From Intoshia linei (lineage: Eukaryota; Animalia; Orthonectida), in NCBI GenBank assembly GCA_001642005.1, contig LWCA01000144.1, forward strand, positions 1 through 47,837: DNA of 47,837 nucleotides, read 5' to 3'. The notes beneath the pieces are model-generated. The model did no database searches. It saw only the letters and a program-made list of their open reading frames with translations, and was not told the DNA's origin. Below, one piece after another: positions 11,596-24,338 of the stretch; within the stretch, counting starts at the first letter, position 1; every line of letters starts with the position of its first letter. A program made the position numbers and the translations under genes.

Positions 11596-13754
11596 CAGTA
11601 GTTTCTCGTTTATAAATACAAGAATATTTCTGTTAAGCTCTTTGAATATTTTTTTAAGCCTTATTTTCCAGGATTTGTTAAATGGGATTTAATTTACAAA
11701 TTTTTAAACAAGTTGTAATAAACTTTGAGCTTGATGTTGTAAGTCTTGGTAACCGCAAAACAATCTCGAATACAAGTTTATTCTACTAGCTATTTTAAAA
11801 CTTTATATTAAATATTTATACTAAATTAATATCATATTTCTTGGAATTTTTTAAAAAAAAATTAATTTGATTTAGTTATTATATCGACAGTGAAAACTAA
11901 AATTAGTATTTAACGTTTAATTATTTTTTTATAAAAAATTGACTTTAAGTACATTTATTATACAATAATTATATTGTATAACATTAAAAATATATACAAA
12001 ACCGAAAACTAAAAGTAGTAGCTTGAATATTTTACACTGAATGTTGATAATTATAACAATAAATATGTTGAAAATAAGATTAACCTTTAATTTTTATTAA
12101 TTAATTTGCATTTAAGACTATATAAGTTATTATAATCTGATTTCATTTTGTGTTTTTGGGTATATGCGATTAGTTTATCTACAGAACTTAGCATATCTTG
12201 CTTCTCATCCTCGGATATGGATGGTTCCGCATCGTCCGTATATAAAATTTGAGAATCATTCATAAGTTCAGAATCATCAATGTCCATAGACAGTTCTTCC
12301 CAACTAATAATGATGATCTTTAACCCTTTGAGGAATGCATTACACATATACATGTAAATTTAATTTTACGAAATTTATCCATTCCATCATTTTATAAAGA
12401 GTTTTTTACATTAATTTTGTAATAATTAGAATGATTGAATTTTTATATTTTGATATATTTTACCCTATTGTGCCAATTCTTGAAAGATGTAATGATGAAA
12501 TAAGCAAATTTCAGGTTTTACATATACACGTATTCATGAAATCAGTAGATTTTAGCCGATACGTATATAGGTTGATTCAAAATATAAGAAAATTTCAAAC
12601 GAAACATACATAAATGTATTCTTTGAATAACATAAACTACAATTGTTCCTTTTATTGTTAAATTTATTTATTTTATAGTCCAAAAGTAAGGGTACAGTGT
12701 TCGTAATTGAAGTTGAATTCATTGAACTCAAATATTCAATTAGATCCATCCTGTATTGCAAATGTGTTTTTACTTTTTGGGGGTCTTTAGACTAATAAGA
12801 TTCTTTAAGGTTCTAGACTAAAATTCTTTATATAATACATATGAATTATGAATTAACATGTGTATAATATAAATAGAAAATTTAACTGTTTATTTTTTTT
12901 ATATTGAGTAATCATATCTGGTTTCGTTATTGTTGAAGTTTTATGAACATTTTTGATGTTGTGGAATGTGGATATAAAGCAAAGCACTTTTTTATCATGC
13001 CATTTTAGTAAATTTATGCTATTTTTTTAGTAATATTCAATATCGTGTTTTTTAAGTTTATTAGTATTCACACACTTAGGAGGGCCTCTATTTTTTCTTA
13101 TTGTACCACAGCAATAAATTCCATTTTTCTTCATTTCAACGCAATTAGAGAAAGTATTGTAATAGTTATCCATATATAATTTATGGTTTTAATGTTCATA
13201 ATTTTTGGTTAGATTTTCGATTATATTGCTATCTCCAGTGTATAACATGATAGAATTTACAAACCCATTTGATGAATCTGCGCATATGTACATTTTCAAT
13301 CCAACTTTTATTGGCTTCATTGGGTTATACGTTTTAAAGTGAACACGGCTTTTAAATTGGATGATGCCCTCATCGATACTTAAATTTTCACTGGAAGAAT
13401 ATACTTGATGGCACAGTTCATTTATATAGGTTATTATTTTTGATGTTGCTTCAGGTATTTAGATTGGAATTAATTAACTGTCATTTTACGGGTCGAAATT
13501 GAAAATGTTTTCTTAAATTTTGACAACCAACGGTATGATTCACCATATACAATTTCAGATATAATTTTTAATTAACAGTTGTTGGTAATTGTTAGTAAAT
13601 AAATTTATAGCAATTCTTCGTTTGATGCACATAATTAAAATGAAAATAAGCAGACTTTGAGTGATAATTTATTTTAATTTGGCGCAATTATTTCACTCAG
13701 CGACAATTTCAAAATTGATGTTTTATTGCTGTATTTAATAACGAGAAACTACTT
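11596..13754 (-). mobile_element. pogo/Tigger-like transposon relic inserted in Helitron copy B
   Basis: TIR CAGTAGTTTCTCGTT at 11596 and its complement AACGAGAAACTACT near 13740-13753, TA on both flanks. CENP-B-HTH-like remnant ESYRWLSKFKKTFSISTRKMT (about 13480-13545, -) and acidic C-terminal remnant (12087-12319). Confidence 0.8.
12324..13445 (-). pseudogene. piggyBac transposon fragment with decayed DDD transposase
   Basis: - strand reads NLSIDEGIIQFKSRVHFKTYNPMKPIKVGLKMY...HKLYMDNYYNT...GTIRKNRG...KWHDKK...KPDMITQY...HNSYVLYK with in-frame stops. Third-Asp region is missing; CSLC remnant in ORF 12552-12761. Terminus TTAA|CCCTTTGAGG at 12320-12333. Confidence 0.92.
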
Positions 13755-14174
13755 TATTCCAATTTTTTAATTTATTAAACAGAATGTGTGTATAATATTA
13801 AAAATATAGTAAAAACAGTCCAATCCTAAAAATTGATATAAATAGCATAAATTCCAGAAAAAATAAAATTATAAAAACCTATTTTGTCATTTTGAGTGTG
13901 GTAAATCATTGAGACCTCTCATCTTCACCTTTATGATCAGTTTGCTTCTGAATGTAACTTATTTTTGCCATTTTATGTTAAATTTGAAACAATTATCAGT
14001 AATAAAATAACACGTTTAAGTTAGAATCAAAATTGAACTTATATAAATTCGTTGCTGTAGTGTTATAATTTAAATTTTATTCAAAATGTTTTGAAAATAA
14101 TAATTTGAAATTTGAAATTTAAAATTGCGTAGCAATGAAAAAAAATCAGAAGGAATAAGATATAGATTTTCACC

Positions 14175-14364
14175 TGTAACGATTGACAGATAAGAACTCT
14201 GATAAGTTCATCTTAAATAAAAAGATTTCCATATTTCGATTCGAACCTAACCACGCAGAATACAATTATATGACTAACCACTCTGCCAGTTAGACATCAC
14301 AAGTGAGTTATATCAAAAGTATATATTCGAATCTCGATTAGTATGATAGCGATATATCACTACA
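14175..14364. mobile_element. 190-bp solo-LTR-like element containing tRNA-type A and B boxes
   Basis: TGTAACGAT...ATCACTACA termini, 5-bp TSD TCACC (14170-14174, 14365-14369), absent from the matching site of Helitron copy E (about 25531-25560). AATAAA at about 14216. Confidence 0.75.
14237..14288 (-). promoter_or_regulatory. RNA polymerase III type-2 internal promoter-like sequence (degenerate tRNA)
   Basis: - strand TGGCAGAGTGG (A box), 30 nt spacer, GGTTCGAATCG (B box). A D-arm TGGC/GTCA can pair; other arms are decayed. Confidence 0.65.
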
Positions 14365-15584
14365 TCACCCATATTTCTTTATTGGAAATGTGTAAATATG
14401 TAGAAATTGTAGGATCAATATTTACATTTTCAATTTGTATTTTAATCGAAATATTTGAAAAATATTGGTTGATAATATATTAAAAATTATTTTTACACCG
14501 GGAATTCGTAGATTTCTGGGGTTTAAATTTTGTATTTATATCAACTGGAATAAGCTCTACAGAATAATTTTTTTTTAATTTACCGACCGTTAATTATTAC
14601 ACATTGTTTTAATAAAATATTTCGAAAAAAAATACATAAATACTAAAATGCTTTTTTGACAATGAAGGCGTCACGTATTCAGATGGAAAATTTTTGTGTG
14701 TGTTAACAGGATACAACTGTAAAACTATAAAATTTTTTAAATTCTAGAGCTGTTTTCATTAAAAAAAAGTGTAATTTGTGGTTTTGGCCCTGAAGATATA
14801 TATTTTTTTAAATTTAAATTTATGATTTTAAAATCCATATTACAGTGTATATTTTTTTAAATTTTCGAACTCGGCTTTTTCACGCATAAGATATGAGTTT
14901 AATTAAAAATTAATTAATTATAAATTATTACCCTGTAATTTAAAGATTAATCTGAGAAGTTTCCATATATTTTGTTCTATAATTTTTTAGTTTTGTACAC
15001 GGCAATAGTGTTATCGTTAAATTGGTAGGTAGAAAATTTTCCACGACGACTCCTGATTCGATTTATATTATTCTTTTAAATTTATATACATTGATTTTTA
15101 GTGTTATCAAAAACGGTGAAAAAAAGTGTTTAAAAGAAATTGAACAGCATAAAATATGTTTAAGGGATTTGGGATTTAAAGTTTAATAAATTCTACGTTA
15201 CATTTCTTACATTTAAATTATAATATTTTGATATAAAATTAAATATCACTATCACTCCACCTTGTTTACACAAACTGCAAGTAGGTCAGACTTCATCTTA
15301 ACCCGCCTATCTCTTTAAATATGCTGAAATAGCATTGATAATTATGTGTGTATCAATTTATTACAACACTGTATGCTGTAAGTGTATGTACTACATAAAG
15401 TACTGAAAAACGTAACGTGTTAAAATGTATATCATTATAATCCTCTTAGGGATATTTATATTTATTATTCTCAGGCGATTTTTTTATCTTACTTCACAAA
15501 ATATATAATCTAATACAGAATTTTTAAGGTCAAAAATGATTCTTCGTTATTTAATTAAAATTTTAAAGTCCTTTTCTTAAATTT

Positions 15585-16272
15585 GGAGATTAATTAATTT
15601 CTCAGTATTTAATTAAAATACTGACATTTTTTAATAAAAAATTTTCTGTATTTTACAATATAAAATTGTCAGTATAGACACTAAAATATCAGTAATAAAA
15701 AGTATTTTGTCAGCAAATATATTAACTAGATCAGTATTCATTGAAAATTGTAAGTAACTCAACAAAAAAGTATATAGAAATAAACACATTTTATAAAATA
15801 ATATTTTGTCAGTAAAAAAATTGAATTGTAAGTTTGATGATTTTGGAGTGGCAGTATAAAAATTAAAAATCTAGTTTTTGAAAATTGAATGTAGTTATGT
15901 CAATCCCTTTAATCTTTTTCATCTTTCTTGTCTTTATTATTATCCTTGTAAGGTTAATAATTAGGTTAATCTTATTAAATACTTTATATAATAATATCAT
16001 CCACTACAGACTGAAATATTAAGATACCATATTATACCTACAAACTAAATTACAAAAAAATTAGAAATATTCTATGGTGTTCACACTAGAGAATATTTTT
16101 TTATGAGAACAAATTATGTATATTAATATGTTAATTAATTGTGTTAGTATTTTTCTTATTGATTTGTCATTATTTTTAAATATTTTTTAGTATTGTAGAT
16201 GGTTTGTCAGTATTTTAGGTGCCTGTACTGACAAATCAATAAGAAAAATACTGACACGATAAATGCACGCCC
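15585..16272 (-). repeat. TGTCAGTA-rich dispersed element, inverted copy of 26207-26840, with a terminal foldback
   Basis: Reverse complement matches 26207-26840 over several hundred bp. 16140-16170 and 16229-16258 are inverted copies of each other. Confidence 0.8.
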
Positions 16273-16340
16273 TTAAATTTTATAGCTATAAATTCCAACA
16301 AACGGACAGCACGACATTCAATTTTATATAAGTTAGGATA

Positions 16341-17166
16341 CTAGTTTAACTGGTTTGTACCACGTACAAATAGTACCTATCTCTGCCGACGGCGAACTCT
16401 TTTAATTTTACCACGAAAAAATTAAATTAAATTAAGTGTTATATAGGCATCTCACGATTACCAAACATGTTACAATTCACATTTAAATTTTTTTTTAAAT
16501 TGTAGGATGAATATTTACTTTTTAATTACAAAAATTTAAAAAATACTCATTGATAATGTATAAAAAATTATTTTTCACCGGAAATGCGTAGATTTCTGTG
16601 GTTGAAACTTTGTATTTATATCAACTGGAATAAGCTGTATTAGAATAATATTTTTTTTAATTTTAAGACCGTTAATTATTTCAAATTTTTTTTCTTGTAA
16701 TAAAATAGTTTCGAAAAAAAATATATGACTACTAAAGGTCTTTTTGTGACAGTGAATGCGTCACTTTTTCACATTGAAATTTTTTCTGTGTGTTAACTGG
16801 ATATAAATGTATCACCTGTATTTTTTGTTAAATTCTAAGACTGTTTTCATTAAGATTAGATCAAAAGGGTAATTTGTGGTTTTCGTCCTGAAAATATATT
16901 TGTTTTAAATTTAAATTTGTGATTTTAAAATCCGTATCAGTATATTTGTTTTAAATTCTCGAACTCGTTTAATTTTTAAAAAAAAGGACAATTGGGCTTT
17001 TTGACTGTAAAATGTGAGTTTGGGAGGTTAAAATTTATTTTGTTAACCCTCGGAAAAAACTAAAACTGAAATGTGGACTTTATAAAATTCTAAGACTGGC
17101 AGTTATTGAAATAAACGGTAAAACACACACAAACAAATATGGCGTAGCATATTATATAAGTAAGGA
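16341..17166 (-). mobile_element. Helitron copy C
   Basis: + strand A|CTAG at 16341 and TATATAAGTAAGGA|T at 17166; body matches copy A. Confidence 0.8.
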
Positions 17167-17415
17167 TACATAACGATATAAGGATGTATAGCGATTTTTA
17201 TAATTATTATACTTCAATTTTTAAATATTGAAAAACTGATAGAGTAGAAGCCTCATATCCTGAATACATTGGGACAGCACTTTTGAACACTCTTAATGTA
17301 CATAATATTATTTTACAATTATTTTAGAATTTAATGATACAACCATTCACAATGATAATAATATAAACTAATATAATTATAATATATTAACTTGTTCCAT
17401 TTCATCTATATTATC

Positions 17416-20400
17416 TTACAATCTTTTTACGTAATGCTTCTTTTTGTCATATGCTCGTCGATTCTAATTTTAATTAAGATTAATTTACAGTAAGCGTCAT
17501 GTATCAAGTTATGTAAAAAATTGTATTTTTTGTTATAAATTAAGGTTTACATATATAATTTGCAGGTAAATGTATGACCGTTGAGTAATTTTGATTATAC
17601 TATAATCAATTAAAAGTCATTCTAATTAGAGTATTCACACTTTGAAAAATTTTGGGTTTTAAAAGAACTTTAAGTACATTGTGTTTATGTTCATATGAGA
17701 ATTTTGATGCATTTAAAGAATTTTTATATGACATTCGATAAACACCCTGCCAAAAAAATTTACAACAACATTTTCCCTATTTACTAAATAGTTACTACAC
17801 AATAATTTCCAATTATTTTACATATCGTAAAACATCCTACAGTATTATAATAAAACCTGATACCACACCTGAACCACTCGTATATCCAAACCTAAAAATT
17901 AAATATAAAGAATCAAGTCAATTTTAATGATTTAAATATTGTAAACAGTACTTTTTTTATCCCAAGTCAACAAGCAAGGCCAATCTGATCACCTCTTGCT
18001 CCTTTTTCATTTAGCAAAAGATTCTTATTTTTATCAGAAACTATTTTATATTTTCCCTGTTGGATTGGAATTTTAATTTGATAAATAAAATAATAATGAA
18101 ATATTTACTAAGTTTGCGATGTAGAGCTCAATAAAATGTTTGTTCCGATATAATCCATGAAACTCCATTTGGTTTCAACAAATAATTAAAAAAAATATGG
18201 CCGATTATCAAAGAGGAATTATTTTTCTTAGATTTGTTACTTAAAATACAATGCAGGATATACTATAAAGATTAAAAAATAATCACGTTAGTTAACGGTT
18301 TAAAAATAAAATTGCGATATTGCCAATTTGATGTTCCTGGTTTTCCCATTGAATGGTAAACTGATGTAGATTCTAGAATCAGATTATGTCACCAAACTTA
18401 CATATTTTTTGAGCAAATTTAAAATAATGAAAAATTGAATATTTTTATGTTCCAAATTTTATATATCTTATAATGTATATGGTACAATTAACCCTATCTA
18501 CTTTCAAAAAATACAATTGGTCCCAATTATGTAAACTATAAAATTATAAAATGCTTCAAGTTTTGAATTGTTTTCATTGGTTCGTTATAATTATGTGACT
18601 GCACCTGATTTCGGAGTCTACACATGCAAATATATTACCAATTTTTAAGCTAATAGCAATTCTTTTGCTTCTACTTGGTTTCCGTAATTTTATATATTCC
18701 ATTTGGAGGGCAACTAATTGCTTTGGAGAAATGGTTGTTCTGGCACGTTTCCCATTGTTTCTATCTACATGAATATTCTTTATTGTCAACCATCACTATC
18801 TGAAGTGTAAAATTCACTATTCAGATATATAAATAAATATATTTATATAGATTCAATCTCTATAAAACCCACTACAGAAAATAATTTATAATTTGAATTA
18901 CATATATCCTTCAGCTCACAGTTGTAACTAATCTTACTATACTTATTAATTTATAAAACATATGCTACGTAAGACGCCTAGAAAAAATTTCTTAAATTGG
19001 AAACGACAGTCCAAAGTTATTAATGTTTCAGTTTGGAAACATTGGAAGTTTTTCAACAAAAATAAAAGTTAAAATGTATTATTTATAAATATAAATTAAT
19101 TGTCATTTTTTACACAATTAACTACTCATTATAGCTGTTGAACGTTATAAATGATTAATTGGATCATCTCTTATTTATCAGGTCAAAATTTGGAACAAAT
19201 TCATATCTTTTAAGCTAACGTATGAATACCGGTAATTTAATTTGATGGTGTTTCATCAACACCATTATAATTCCATTTCGCTACTTTTGAAAATTACATG
19301 TTGCTAGTTTGGAAGATAACCTTTTATTATCAAGTTTTATTTTGATATTCTTCACCTACGTCGTTCATAAGAATAAAAACGGCTAAGAAATATAAATGGA
19401 AAACTTGCAAATCATGTAAAAGTAAATTGATGAATACTAAATTAAACTACTTACATTAGTAAAATCTTACTAAAAAAGTAGGAAACCTCCAATTTTATCC
19501 AAATACAGTAACCAATTATAGCAGTTTTATATTATTTTAAAATTAAAGTATTATAAATTTGATGGAAAATAATTTGTGGTCAAGCCAATATTCTAGTGAT
19601 AAAACTTCAAGATTCATTTGTGATGAAAAATTTTTTTTTTATATTATGTGTTCTTGATATAAATTTTACAAATTATAACCTAAAGTTGTTATGAATGACA
19701 ATATTGTTCAAAATTTGAACACCCTTTTACTTATTTTTCACGGTTTAAAGTCGTTTAAAAGTATAAATACGTTAGCTATAACTAAATTTAAAAAATGAAA
19801 ATGTTTAGTGAGAACATAGGATTCCATATAAAATCTGTTCATCTTAGTAACTACTATATTTCACTATTTCATCCAATAAAATTCAGTTTTAATTTTTCAC
19901 TAACATTTTTGTATGTAATCATAAAAATTGCGTGCGAGACTTCATTCGTGGTAAAAAAATTTTTTTTGGGTATTATGTGTTTTTGATACAACTTTTACAA
20001 ATTGTAACCTAAAGTTGTTAAAAATGAAAATATTTTTAAAATCTGAAACGCCCTAATGTACATTGTATAATGTACATTTATGTTGAATAAAATTACCAGC
20101 TTTTAAATGGTCCAATTTACCTAAATATGATGAAAATATTTAAATACAGTTTAAACCAGGGGTCGTCATTAGGATCAATGATAAGTTGGGATATGACCTG
20201 TTTCTTAAAATGCTCGTCTAACCAGAGCCGTTTTAAGGAATAAGTAATATAGACTGTAGCCCAGGGCCGCTAATTAAAAAAAGTCCCCAAATTAATAAAA
20301 GTACTTTACATTTATATCCTAAAAAGAGGCCCTAAATTTATTAAAAAATATTTCATTTATATTTTAAGAAACAGTTTATAAGTTTTGAAGTGTGTGAATT

Positions 20401-21907
20401 CAAATAGCTAGAAAGAAAATAGTTTAAAGAATAATAATTCTGGTAATTCCTTAATTTAAAATATATTATACAATGTTGATTATATAATATTGACATAAAA
20501 ATTGATTCAAATGATAATATTAAACATTAAAACCTTTCTATTAAGTGAATATTCAAAAAAGAAAGTAGGAAATCTTTGATTTTCTCTTATTAATTTTTAA
20601 TAAATTATGTAATTTTTTGTAAAAGAAATAAAAGTTACTAGAAACCTACATAATATCTATTAATGCATTTATTAATACTAAATAAAATAAGACTCTAAGT
20701 CTCCAACCAACAGTATGCCCTGTCTTCTAAAAACGGCCCTAAATTTTTTTTATCGCTTCGCTCTTTAAAATTTTAAAAAGTCTCCGGCTCTTTGCTAAGT
20801 CCAGATCCACGAAGTGGCTTAGTACGGCTTTGCGTCTAACGGCCTGTGAAAAATAAGTCGTATGAATGTACGTGCCCTTACATCTTTGTAAATAATGTAA
20901 TTGCAAAAAAATAATTTAAAAATGCATTTTTAATTAATTATACTGATAAATAAATTTAAGTTTATTCAAGTTTCTAGTAATTAATCAAATTAAAAATCAA
21001 ACTTATCAAACTCATCAAGTTAATTTTGAATAAAAATTATATTTCAACTTATCGTGTTTAACTCATCATGTATTCATTTCATAATCTACAAACTTATTTT
21101 TAATTTTAATTTTTTACAAGACTTATTATTATTACATCATTATTAGACAAATACTTTTTGTAATTTGGAATTAAAAATAAGAAACGTTCTTACATGTATG
21201 AAATAGTAAATGTATGTGGAAAGATTAAATTAAATGAATTACACAAAATGTTTCCATTTGATAAAGAATAAGTTTCTCCGCAATGAATTTTTTGCTTGCA
21301 CACCTTGCATTGAAAACACTAAATATTTAGTAACAGAGTTTTGGAAAAAATAATTTACGTCAACATGAAAATAATTATTGAGACTTTTCATAATCATCTC
21401 TGAGTTTTTAATCCTTTTTTGGCAATTAAAGCATTTTATATGATGAAACCTAATCAAATAAAATTAAATCACAACATAGGTGGATAATTTTGGCTATGTG
21501 AACCACCAGTATTTTTCACTTGCGAACCTCTGATTTACATAAATTTAATGATAACAGATATAAATAAAAATTGCCATAAAATGTTGTTTAATAAGCCGAA
21601 TTAATATGAAAAAAAAACTAGTCCCTGAATGTTATATAAATATTTTATATTTATAAAAATATATAAATTACTTTTGATAGCAAGTTAAACAAAAGAGACC
21701 GTTTTGATGTTGAAAACAATTAATTTCTAAATTGTTGTAACAGTTTGAACATTTTAAACAATTTTGATGAAATATTTTATCTTGAATTTTACAAAAACAA
21801 ACGTCTAGAATTATAAATTGACATTTTGCACAAATGAAGTTGACTAAATTGTCATCAACTTTTTTATAATTATTAAATTTACCGAAATTTTCATAATTTT
21901 TTTCCAT
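17416..21907 (-). CDS. LHX3: LIM-homeodomain transcription factor, Lhx3/4-like
   Basis: LIM1 exon 21907-21672 (CAKC...FHQNCLKCSNC...FCLTCY); LIM2 exons 21449-21359 and 21318-about 21243 (CFNC...FHVD|CFQCKVC); homeodomain exons 18764-18639 (KRARTTISPKQL...KPSRSKR), 17891-17857 (GLDIRVVQVWYQ), 17463-17416 (NRRAYDKKK, TAA). Linker exon(s) unresolved. Subfamily inferred from RTTI, KPxR and GLDxRVVQVW. Confidence 0.85.
20223..20832. mobile_element. hAT-type MITE in an Lhx intron
   Basis: CAGAGCCGT...ACGGCTTTG termini; perfect 8-bp TSD CGTCTAAC (20215-20222, 20833-20840). Confidence 0.8.
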
Positions 21908-22340
21908 TTTAAATTAAATTAAATTAATGTGCCTTAGCTTAATTCCATATAATTTACGACAATAATAAAATAAAATATTATTGTTTCAATCTCGCACGAT
22001 ATAAATTTTGTCCAATGATTAATTCTAAAATTATTGATTATATTTAATCGATATTTTTTTTATTTGATAAATATCGAAATATGAATATGTAGCATGCAAT
22101 GTAAATTTAAAGAAAAATCACAATATCACTGATCCAAACTCATAATTCAGGATTTATGGCGTCTATTTCACCAACTTGTCTAATTTTATCAACGTTTTCT
22201 TGTGTTTAATAGCTTTTTTATAATGTCACTGGTATAATTCCGTCAAGTTTACACTAACTTCAATGATATCATGTATTTATATATGATTAATATGTTTTCG
22301 TATTTACATTTTATTGTAAAATTATAATTTTATAATGTTA

Positions 22341-22902
22341 CTATATTGACTTTTATGTATTACGTACAAACAGCACCTAGCTTTGCCAACGCCACATTTT
22401 TATTTTACCAAAAAAATAAATTCACGTTCAAAATCTAACTTAAAAATACTACTATTCTCTAGTATCAATCCTTTAAAAGAGTGGTTCTCAAACTTGTTCA
22501 GTTCACTTATTCAGATTGAAATTTTCTGTGTGTTAACAGGATACAACTGTATCACCTGTAATTTTTTTGAAATTCTAGGGCTTTTTCCATTAAAAAAAAG
22601 GGTAATTTGGGGTTTTGGCTTTGAAGATATATTTTTTTAAATTTAAATTTATGATAATATCTATCATTTTATAATCCGTACCAGAGTGTGTATTTTTTTA
22701 AATTCTCGAATTTGTTTGATTTTCAAAGAAAGGACAATTGGGCTTTTTGACCCGTAAGACATCAGTTTGGGAGGTTGAAATTTTTTTAACAACACCCCGG
22801 AAAAAGTGCAATTCAAATGTGGACTTTATAAAATTCTAAGTCTGGTAATTTTTGAAATAAACGATAAACATAAAACGGTAAAGTATATAATATAAGTAAG
22901 GA
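22341..22902 (-). mobile_element. Helitron copy D, internal deletion derivative
   Basis: Both ends present (CTAG mutated to CTAT; AGTAAGGA|T). Junction near 22500 joins segments that lie several hundred bp apart in copies A and F. Confidence 0.75.
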
Positions 22903-24037
22903 TAATAATTATGATTGCATTATATTTATTAAGTTATCAGGATGTTTGGATATAAAAAACAAAAAAACTGATGTAACTGATTATAAACATGTGAGTAAAT
23001 GGTATATGTCTTATTTTCAATTTTTTGCTGGTCACACATACAATTTGATGGACGCATGGGTTGATATATACTATTCAAATGATTGAGGCGTAGGTATTGG
23101 GGAAGCTGTGATTCCTAAAATTTCTCTTTTTGTAGCAATGTTTTTATTTAAAAATATTTAGAATCCATAAGATTTTTCAAATTTAATTAATCTATACATT
23201 AGCTTTGCTTTTATAAATTGTTAAAAAAAGATTTAAAACATACTGTAACTCAATTATTCGATTAAATCAGGGATTCCTACAGTTTTTTCACAGTGAACCG
23301 TTAATTAACTATAAAATTTCACCGACCGGTAAAATTATTTCACGGACCGGCATTTGGGCATGACTTGATAAAATCATAATTTTTTTGGACATACAATTAT
23401 TAGCTTAAACCCGTTTCTCCTTAATATTTAAAAAAAATTTTTATCAATCAGAACTCAATTTATTACGTTTTTTATTAATTTTTTTAATGTTACCTATAAA
23501 TTGCGATTTAATGATCCACGATAAATTTTAATTTAATTTATTAACGTTCCGCCGTTAAAAACCTGTGGTAATCAAATATAAAGCATAATAATAATACAAA
23601 TTGTGAATTTTAAATCAATTTTTAAAAATTATCAATTAACGACGATAAAAAAAAGCTGATTTAAATTAGCCACCTTGACGGATCAATATTTATAAGATTG
23701 TATCTCAATTTAATTTTATTTTGTCACCATCCATGAACAGAGTTGCCTGTACGTCATTGTTTCCCAAACTTTTTTATGCTAAACCCACTTTTATTCTTAA
23801 AAAATCCCAGGTGTCACTTCCAAAAATGATTTAACACCAGTTGCTATTTTGGGCTGATATAGCAATTCAATCAATAATTAATTATTGCCGCATACTAAAA
23901 AAGTAAAAGACTAAAAGAGTGACCGAGATAGATCAATTTAGAAATTAAGAAATTCAATTTGAAACATTAGTTGTCTTTACTTATAGTAAGTAAAGTTAAC
24001 TTAAGTAATTTAATTAAAAATTTGTCTGTTTATTTAA

Positions 24038-24330
24038 GAAAGTAAGGGGATACGAGTTTTAAAAATATTACATTTCTATTAAACTTTTTCGAGGATAATG
24101 CTTTATCGCAAATTTGATTTTCACAAATGGAGCCTTTCAAGGTCAAAAACACAAATTATTATTTTTTTTTAAATTCAAACGAGTATAAGAATTACAAAAA
24201 ATACACAATCTGATAAATATTTGGAAACCATCTACATAATGATATATTTAAATTTTAAAATCATACATAATCACGGCTAGAACTGCAAATTATTATTTTT
24301 TGTAAAAATGAAAAAAGTCCTAGAATTTTA
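24038..24330 (+). repeat. Dispersed repeat, second copy at about 30851-31140
   Basis: Shared GAAAGTAAGGGGA...GAGTTTTAAAAATATT...TCGCAAATTT...TTTAAATTCAAAC...TTTTGTAAAAAT in both places. Boundaries approximate. Confidence 0.6.
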
Positions 24331-24338
24331 TACATGTA

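Larger units (their letters stand above)
11505..14900 (-). mobile_element. Helitron copy B, truncated and split by nested insertions
   Basis: 11505-11595 and 13755-14900 align collinearly with copy A (TTTAAAGTGAATTATTCC...ACAGAATGTGTGTATAATATT...CAACTGGAATAAGCTCTA). Boundaries approximate. Confidence 0.75.

Noticed and set aside
12780-13445. Stop-codon reassignment or a domesticated PGBD gene
   Set aside because: In-frame TAA/TAG occur only in transposase relics, which also have deletions; host genes use TAA and TGA as normal stops.
14225-14300. Functional tRNA gene
   Set aside because: A and B boxes and a D-arm are present, but acceptor, anticodon and T stems do not pair, and the sequence lies inside a TSD-flanked insert.
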